Assembly: GCA_013265495.1 (NCBI GenBank)
Contig: MU058781.1
Coordinates: 9,963,009 to 10,027,008, forward strand
Source of the DNA: Vicugna vicugna
Lineage: Eukaryota
Length of the DNA stretch: 64,000 bases
Direction: 5' to 3'
The position numbers were made by a program, and so were the translations under genes. The notes below the pieces were generated by a model, which saw nothing but the letters and a program-made list of their open reading frames with translations, had not been told where the DNA came from and did not search any database. Shown here piece by piece: positions 55,301 to 64,000 of this stretch; positions within the stretch are counted from its first letter, which is position 1, and every line of letters begins with the position of its first letter.

Positions 55301-58300
55301 TTTAAACCAAACGTGTTAGTGAGATGCAGTTTGCTGAATTCATTCTAGCTGCGTGGCTGCCTTTTTAACCTTGCTGCCCTGCTTATTATAATGCAGTCGG
55401 TCACCAAAGACCCTGGTTCCCTGTTGTGCTCCTGAAGCCTGATAAAATGCATCAAATATTAGATGAATCTTCTGGTCTTTCTCTCTGTTGGTCACCATCT
55501 CCTAAGATTTCAGCTACAGCCATATAGCTATAAATTGAAATAAATTCCTAACACTTAATATGTGTGCTTGAGTTGAGTAGGCCAGAGTAAATGCCTCATG
55601 AATTAATTAATCAATAAATGACTAAATGAAAGGACATTGTCTATGGCATTTCAAAGAATTATTGCTTTTCTAAAGAAATTAAATAATAGAGGGTTGCCTC
55701 ATCTTGCACATCCAAGAAACTCTTCTCCTGGAGGTAAAATTCTAGGCCTTCTTTTCAGTGTTTTGCTTAGTTAATGAGTAAGTGGTGCCTCGATGTGTAA
55801 AATAGTTTCACTTGACCTCAGATCTCATTTCAGGAAGTATTTTATTGGCACTCAAGAAGGTATTAATACTCATTAGCAAGTGGACTCTCTGCTTTGAACA
55901 CTGGCTTTCTGGAAATAGACAGGGATGCTATTTCAGGGGCAAAGATCATTTTAGCAGTATAACCAGGAAATATTGGTGGGTGGCAGAGTAGATTAATGGA
56001 TGTCAATTTGTGATCATGCATTAGTAACTTCATCCGATAAATTCCGAAGTTTAAGATTGAGGTGCGCACGGTAGAACCATTGAAACGTTTGTAAGTTGTT
56101 TACATTTTCATTTGGGTAACATCTATATGTCTTAGGAGCTCTTTTATTAAAACCAAAACTTTATTCAGCTTTCTTGATCTACTCTTTGATATACTAGCAT
56201 AACTTATCTGGAATTTAAATTTTGTTGAAATCGAACCAAATTGGATTTTAATGTAAATATGCACAAAAATGATCATTAATTAATTTTCTAATTAGGCTTT
56301 GCTATCGGACCTATAAATATACCTTTGGTCTTTTTCTAGTATTACCAACCTTTTGAAGCCTTATTTGAATGATGAGCAGCTATAATCATAAAAAATGAAG
56401 CTTAAGATTTAAAGAGAATTAAAGTAGAATTGTCATAAAAAGTAGAAAAGGGGATCTGGCGAAATTTTTCTGCACCAAGCAAAATGTTCAAATTTTGCAT
56501 GGTTTGAATAGGACTGTGATGCAGGCCAGGTCCAGTTCTCACTGATGGCTTCTGGTGAGCGGCTCAGCCTTGTCCCTGTGCTGTGCATCATGTCTTATCA
56601 GAGGATTCTAGCAGCATTTTCAGGTAAACCCATCAGACACTTCCTGAGAAATCTGGGGGAACCACAGGAATATTTTTATGCAAAATTATGCCCCGTTACT
56701 CAAGAAGAACAAAATTTCTTTATACACACGTAGCAGCAAGCATTTAGATACATTTTCCAAAAAAAATTTTCTGAGTCCCAGCTTTCTTTATGATAAAATA
56801 CTTCCACTTCCACCTCCTTTTCTAAGATAACAGTGAAGTTCTTTTTTTTCTTCCTATGTTAGCAAGTGATAAATTTACATAGGAAATTTATAAGAAAGAA
56901 TTTCTGAAAACTATAGATTAGCATTGATAACTTCACAGATACATTTTAAAAAGCTCAACATTTGAATATTTTTGCATTAATGGGGAAGAGGGCTATTTTG
57001 TGAGAGCTAAGGATGGACTATGAGTGTTAATTTCATGTTCTTTGAAAAATGAAGAAAGTGCAGTGATTTCAACCAAATTCTAATGCGCTTATCCACTGTC
57101 TTATTTGCTTCCTGGTCAGTATTATTTACAGCGTATAATTGAAGAGGTGTTAAGTTTCTTTAAACGTGTGAAAGAAGCATACAGTTTATGAAAACTGTAG
57201 TGTACATGAATTATTTAAAACCCTTTCTATTCAAACAGGGTGGTCAGGGTTTTTATTGTTGTCATGGTACAAAACACCCATCTTTAACCTAAACCTCCTA
57301 ATATTCCCTCTGCACTTCAAGTATCTGGCAGACTTGTTTAATGTAACTGTTTCTTTTCTGGCACGTAGAACTTTATTTAGTGACTGGGATAACTCGTTAC
57401 CCAAATCCCAGAAATAGAGTTTTCCGTGAGAGTCAGCGTTTGTGGTTTCTGATTATGAACTCTAAAAAGTGACGAGATTCTCACGAGCAAAATGCTCGTG
57501 AGAAGAAAGCCATCCACTGTTAGGGCAACGTGACTTTGCTTTCCTTCCAAAGTTAGACAAGTCCCCCTTAGTAACAATGGAACCTATAAAACATTTTAAA
57601 AGAGATATTTCATTATGCTACAAATGAGGTCAGTACTCAGTTCCTAAGTTTGAGAATTGGAACCACTTGGTGCCACTTACCATCACGGATTTCAATCAAG
57701 GAAACAGGAAATGTGAGAATAGTGAAAATATATGTATTTGACAGCTCTTGACAGCATTATCATAGAGTCAACTTGACTAATGTCTTTTGTGCCATGTGAA
57801 AATTAAAGCACGCTGGAAACCCTGTAAGCTCAGCCCCAAGAATGTCTCACATTCAGACAAGTGAGGCTGTAATGTTCTGCAACTCCAGCATAAATCGGGC
57901 TGGGTGTTTGACCACTGGTTTAGTTGTGTATGTGATACTGGCCGTAACCATGGGTGATGGTCTATTGCTTAGATGCGTGTACTATCCCCATTTCACATTT
58001 GAGTTTTTATTAAATACATAATCATTCAGAGTAAAATTGTGAAGCCAAGCATATGTAAAAGAACAATCTTTGAGCAGCTGAAAGAGATGTCAGTTACAAT
58101 TGATGCTTGAGAGAATCTGATAGTGACCCTAGGAGTTTGAGGGACATGATGGAGAATTGTGAAGGCAGGTGGTCAGTCTGCCCTGTGAGGAGACCCCAAC
58201 ATTAAGATGCTGAAAAGGTGTATTGTGGCGGATCGGAGCCAAGTAGAGGAGTCAAGGGGGTTACACGAACTCATGTGGCACGTGGGAAACAGTACCTCTG

Positions 58301-59210
58301 CAGAGCCTCTTCAGGGACCAGCATTCTCCCTCTATGATAGCAAGTATCCATTGACCTGTGACACAGAGCTCTGATGACACAGCCTAAAGATGACACACAG
58401 CAGCACCATCTAAGGAATTTTCCCCTTTTTTTTGTCCCACCCATCCTCCTGGTGGGACAACTCGGAGATGGGAGGGCTCAGAAGAGAGAGGAGGGCAGGA
58501 GAGAGAGCAGCAGGTTGTGGCCGACAGGGTTGAGAGTCACATGGACTAGGGGAAGCAAAAGCTTTCCCCAGGCTGGAGACTGAAATTTTAAACTGAGTTA
58601 AATTAGCCTAAACTTTTAAGCAACTGATAATAGTTAAAAATGATAGAATCTGATTGAGGTGAAATTGAAGGACACAAAGGCGGATTTTACCGAGCAGTTC
58701 TGACAGTAGTGGTTAGAGAGAGATGACAGAAGAATCATGTTTCTGTTCTGTTAGTTGTTAGGTAAACTTCTCAATTTAACCTCATGTTCAACAGGTTTTT
58801 CTTTTTCTTAGTTGTTATGTTGAATGAATGAATGAATGAATGAATAAATTTGGACCTTACCACTAACTGCAGAGTTAAGTGTGTTTTTATACACTTAAAA
58901 CAAAATCAAAGCCTCAGTGAGCAGATGGTAGGGGCTTTTATTTTCCAGGAGACAAAGAACCTGACCACATCCTTTAACTTACAGCAATGGAAGGCTACAT
59001 GCCCCTACCCAGGTACAGTCAGCCTGAAGAAATCACAGATTGTCAGGGAAGCCACGTACAGCTTTCACATTTTTTATTTCATTTAAATTGTCAAAAAAAA
59101 TCTTGTTTTTCAGTGAGCTTCTTGATTTTTGGGAAAATTAATACGTTTATATTGGTGTTTTCACTTTTATTAAAATTGAAGAAAAATACACATTCAAAAA
59201 AAGAACATTT

Positions 59211-59314
59211 GGGGTGGGGGGAGTAGCTCAGTGGTAGAGCGCATGCCTAACATGCACAAAGTCCATCCCCAGTACCTCCATTAAAAAAAAAAAAGAAAAA
59301 AAAAGAAAACGAAC
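59211..59314 (+). mobile_element. tRNA-derived SINE (camelid Vic-1-like)
   Basis: ggggtgggggGAGTAGCTCAGTGGTAGAGCgcatgcctaacatgcacaaagtccatccccagtacctcca plus poly(A). Imperfect TSD aaaaaaagaacattt / aaaaaaggaacaattt. Confidence 0.85.
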
Positions 59315-60324
59315 AAAAAAGGAACAATTTATCCAATAGGGAAACCAGAATTACCGTGAATATAATTTTAAAATCCCAATACTTGAGATTAGCACTGTCA
59401 GAGCCTGAATTCTAGAAGGACTGAAATTTGATGATGTGAACTAAAATATGCCCACTCCCTTAATGTCACAGATTTTAAGAGCATTATTTCAAGAAAAGCA
59501 ACTGAACCTACCCATATTATTTGTTATTTCATGGCATACGGTACTTGCTCTTATCAGAGTCTCATAGTTCAAAAGAGATTCTCTGTTTTCTAATGCCAAT
59601 ATGAAATACTTCCTTTGGGATCTGAGAGGCATGTATAAAGATATATCATTTGCCTTTTAATGGGGCTTTCTGGTGACTCTACAGTTTTAAATTGTTCTAT
59701 ATGCATCACATATTCCTTACTGAATGTTTTTGCCATGTGCTCTACAAATGTGGATGGAAATAATTATAGTGAGGATGGCTTCATGTGATGATGTCACCCC
59801 AGAGAAAGCCTGCACCGCAGGGAGCATTTCCAGTAAAGTATGGCAGAAACTGCCGGGTAATCAAAGTGCAAATTCCAATTTATTTAAGCAATATTGTTCT
59901 TGCTCCTCCATTTCACAAAGCTGTCCTTTCTCATTAAATTTTTGAAAGAGAAGGAATGAATTTTACCAGCATAAATCTGAATGCTAGTTGACCTTTTTGC
60001 AAACTCTGCATGGAACGCTGGCATCAGCTGTCTTTTCACACATGTGGTGACAAAGGGAAGAAATTGAGGCTTATAAGGAGTAAGCTGAGTATACACAAGA
60101 CTTGATGTCATCCAGCTCGGCTTGTATTTGAAGGGAAGTTTGTGTGCACTGAGGGGAATAGATTTGGTTTTGACCCCGTGAAGGGCTGGTTCTGGATGGA
60201 CAACCCAGGGACTGGCTTTGATTGGACCGTATTTTGCTCTCTGGTGACAAACAAACGAATGAATGTCCATAGAGGTGATGCCATCTGTATACTGGTGACC
60301 GTCTGAAAGAGCTAAATGTCTTCG

Positions 60325-60620
60325 TTTATTTAATAGTTTATTTTTTTATCAGATGTGTATCAAGTGTCCATGATGTATCAGTTGATGATGTACTAGGTGG
60401 AGGAAATATAAAGTAAAATTAAATGCAGTTCTTGCCCTTAACATGCTCACAATTAGGAGGAGGCTTCTTCTTCTTAGAAGATTACAATCCAGTGTGGCCA
60501 GTCCTATGACAGAAGGAGACCCAGGGTGCTGTAGGGGGACCTAGAAAGGACCCTCACCCAGATGGGCATGAGAAGGCAGCTTCCCAGAAATGGTGATATC
60601 TGATGTCTGATTTGGGTCTT
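60325..60620 (-). mobile_element. L2 remnant
   Basis: tgtgtatcaagtgtccatgatgtatcag...gcagttcttgcccttaacatgctcacaat...gcttcccagaaatggtgatatctga. Confidence 0.6.
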
Positions 60621-60699
60621 TAATGACCAATCCCTTAGGGAGGGAGTGAAGTGAAAGGATTTGAAAGCAAGGGGGCTAGAGTTTTTCTAAGTACCCAAC

Positions 60700-60735
60700 A
60701 ATAAATAAATAAATAAATAAGCAAGCAAGCAAGCA
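60700..60735. repeat. (AAAT)n(AAGC)n compound repeat
   Basis: Direct reading. Confidence 0.9.
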
Positions 60736-61419
60736 GGAATAAAGTTACTTCCTTTTGGCTGAAGAGGAGAACATGTGGAAATTGTCCAGTGGAAAAAAGA
60801 AAACAGTATTTGGCCCCTTAGAGAGTCTTGTCTTCTCCATCATATTTAAAATACATGAATTTTAGTGTAAGAGTGTTACTGATATAACTGCTCTTTGTCT
60901 GAAGAGGGGCCCTTGCTGTAGAGCCCACGTGCTAGAAGGCTTTTCTTTAACAGTCACACACACACACTAAGTCATTAGAGCAGACAAGACGACCTCTGGG
61001 CTCCGGTTTTAGCAGGCATGGCCGGCCCAGGTCAACACATAGTACAAACATCAGCTCTCGTGACGACCATTGGGGACCTAGGGAAACACCTCTCCACAGT
61101 GGCCCTGCATCCTCAGATGACTGGTCCTCACCTTGCGAAGGTCTGTGACTGAGGCACAGCACCCTGGGAATGGACATGGCTTCAAAAATGGGAACAACTT
61201 GAGAGGGGGAAGAATGGAAGTGATTTTCTTTTATTAACTTGTGCTCATTGATGAAAGCTTCTCAGATAAGATGTATGCAGTAGATTCTTGCCTAACAGAG
61301 GATAGTTTTCAAACAGGACCAAATGAGCATCCATTTCCTTACTTCTCTTTATGTTCTAATTTGTAGACAAAGAGATACACGGGGCTTAGGGTGGTATTCC
61401 CAGAACTTGCACATGAAGG

Positions 61420-62230
61420 CTAAGGAATATTTTACAGTGTTAAATATTTATATTACTCTTTCTTTATATATATACACACATGCTCACATACATACTATAT
61501 ATACATGTATATCGATATATAGATAAAAACACATAAAACATAATTTTACATTGAATGCTAAAATTCAAAAGGCTTTATTCATATAAAATATTAAATTCTT
61601 TAAAATTACATATAAACTTCAGCTTTATTTTAAAATATTTTATTGATTCTTGATAGTCTTATTATACTTTGTCTTTTGTCTTTTAATTTTATGGATAGCT
61701 GTGACTGTTTTAGATGAAAAGACTTTTAGAAAATATGACAAATACTCATTTTTCATTTGTACTTGTAACTTACATCTTCAGTGAGTGCAACTATATTAAA
61801 CTTTTGTGTATTTGCAATATTTTTAATCCTTTAGATCACTGCAATCACTGGAACATAAATTTTATGAAGATACTGATTCTAATAACAATGAGTTATTTTG
61901 TTGCAATGAAAATTACAGAATATATAAAAATCTGTATTTTGTGTGTTTTTATTACCTATTCTAAACTCACCAGACTCTAAACAGAATACTCAAACATGCA
62001 CAATAATAATACAATTTAGTTGTTTTTACTGTTTTCCTGACTTCATTCATATAAAAAACTGTAGCTCTACATGTTATGTCTATATTTTATCATATATTAA
62101 GGCATATTTTTCACAGGACATGTTCTATTTATTAGTTTGTTAAATCAATTTATAGTTTTCATGTATTTAGCTGTATGTTTGTGGGATTCCATTTGTACTC
62201 TTGCCCCTTGCCCTTCATGCCCCGGTTGCT
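61420..62230. mobile_element. AT-rich possible hAT DNA transposon relic
   Basis: Very AT-rich block ending in a GC-rich terminus (actcttgccccttgccc). Family assignment is tentative. Confidence 0.3.
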
Positions 62231-63899
62231 GAACTACCTTCATCACAGGAGTAGTAGGATCAGCCCTTCACTTGAGAAAGATCAGTCCAGTGGAGACAAT
62301 AAGACCAGTTAAGAGGCTGACTTCTGTGTGGATAATACTTTGACCTCTAGCCTGAACTTCTGAGTCAGCGCCACTCACTTCTTTCCATATCATATTTTTG
62401 GAGAGGTTTTGAATCATGCCACTATAAGTTTCCTGGCCAGCAAGTTCCCAGCTATAGGTCTATATCCATTTTAAGACCAGATATTTTTGACAGCTCAGGA
62501 TGGATGGACCAAAGGTCTTCTGTCCTTAACTAAAAAGCAAGTTGAGAATCCACAGGATCCTGTCTTGAGTCTCAAAACCCAAGGCTCATGTGATATCTAA
62601 TGCCAGCCATTAACCACGGGGACTATTCAGGCAAGTAACAATGTTTTGAGTCCATAGCAAACCCATTGGTGGGAAAACCTTGCAGATCTGAGTGGCAAAA
62701 TAATTGAGCCTCTTTAGAGCACTTGAACCCTCCAGCCTGACCACTACCCTGGTGAGTCTGCAAGGTTTCCCCACGTCTTCTCGGGTTGCAGCCTTCCAGA
62801 CCAATCCACCATGGGCCCCTCAAGACTTAGCCATCTAGCGTCTTCAGTGACAAATAGACAAGAGCCGAGTGGATTTGAAATGCTATTTCAAATATTCTGT
62901 ATAAGTTCATTTCATGGGCAGAAGAGAATTATGAGAACAGAAACCAGAGGGTTTTTTTTTTCCCCAAAGCACTTTTCATTCTGGCTTCAACCTGAAATTG
63001 AAGAGGACATCTCCTGCCTACTGTCAAGCTGAAGTAAGATGTAGAATGCAAGAGCCAGGGGTGCTAATTACAGGTTTTCTTGGACTTACACATTTAGAAA
63101 GCTTTCCTCTCTATTTTTATCTTGAAGTAAAATACAGAAGTAAAATTTGATGGTAATGCCTTGGTGACATAAAGTTTCTAAAATGGGAAGCAAATTTTGT
63201 TTAGAAAATACACTCTATCATCTTACAGTGCTTTTATGTTTTATCATCATTAATAGGAAACTATATCTTGATGGAAATATTGAAGGTTAATAAGTACTAA
63301 ATTATTAACTAGGAGATGAAATTGAGTAGTCCTGATAAATTAGTTTATGCATGTAAATGTATAATTTATGTATATATGCATAAATTTGCATATATGATGG
63401 TATAGATACAGAACAGTATTTTAATAATGTAATTTCTATTTTCAATTTGTATAAAATTTATGAATTTCTAATCACATCAGTAAGACTTCTGAAATGGGCT
63501 TATGTCATTAAAACTAGATTTAAAATAATTTTAGGTCTGTTACTATGATTACTCTTATTAGCAGTTTAACCTGGCCCTAATACATTTTATTCTATTCTGT
63601 GCATGACATCTCTCCATTTCCCACAGGAGTGAGATGTGGTAGCATCAACAGCTCCAAAGACAGCTTTATACAAGATTAGCATCTTCACCCAGAATGTCAG
63701 AGGCATGTAGATGAGGAAAATGTAATCATGATCACTCACTATGAATTTTCTAGGACAAAATTATACTTAAATAGCAACAACAAAAGGTGAATTTGGTTAC
63801 GATGATTGATGGCCAGTTCTCCCTGGCTAAATCTCATTCAGAATAGCACAGGTCATACTAGAAAATGTTCTCATCAAGTACTTGATTACTGCTCTGGTT

Positions 63900-64000
63900 T
63901 AGTCTGAGATTTGCTACTTGCTTTCTACATGTGGGACCCTAGTCGTGTTTTCTTTTCTGTTACTCTGTGTACTCATCTGTAAAATGGGGAGAATAATGGT
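63900..64000 (+). mobile_element. MIR (cut by window end)
   Basis: ctctgtgtactcatctgtaaaatggggagaataat. Confidence 0.7.

Noticed and set aside
59221..59280. tRNA gene
   Set aside because: No T-arm or B box, and it has a poly(A) tail and TSD, so it is a SINE.

Overview
Mammalian, gene-poor genomic DNA rich in transposon remnants. It is probably camelid, inferred from a Vic-1-like tRNA-derived SINE and no recognisable CHR, Bov-tA or PRE SINEs. I found no intact protein-coding gene. The only gene-derived feature is an intronless, CpG-rich HDGFL1 (HDGF retrogene, PWWP domain) at ~42.7-44.65 kb, disabled by a stop at codon 2, frameshifts and a second nonsense codon. The rest is young L1 3' fragments (several with TSDs), old L1/L2/MIR/LTR/DNA-transposon relics and microsatellites. 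The most notable structures are: (i) a 361-bp TSD-flanked mini-L1 whose 5'UTR start is joined directly to the L1 3' end exactly after an AG, which looks like a spliced or non-autonomous L1; (ii) a 71-bp local sequence copied from 1967 bp upstream onto the 5' junction of a truncated L1; (iii) an apparently perfect 482-bp-period tandem duplication; (iv) apparent lineage-specific loss of HDGFL1, with compensating frameshifts that leave a long open frame. Repeat family names are recognised by eye and the boundaries of old repeats are approximate.
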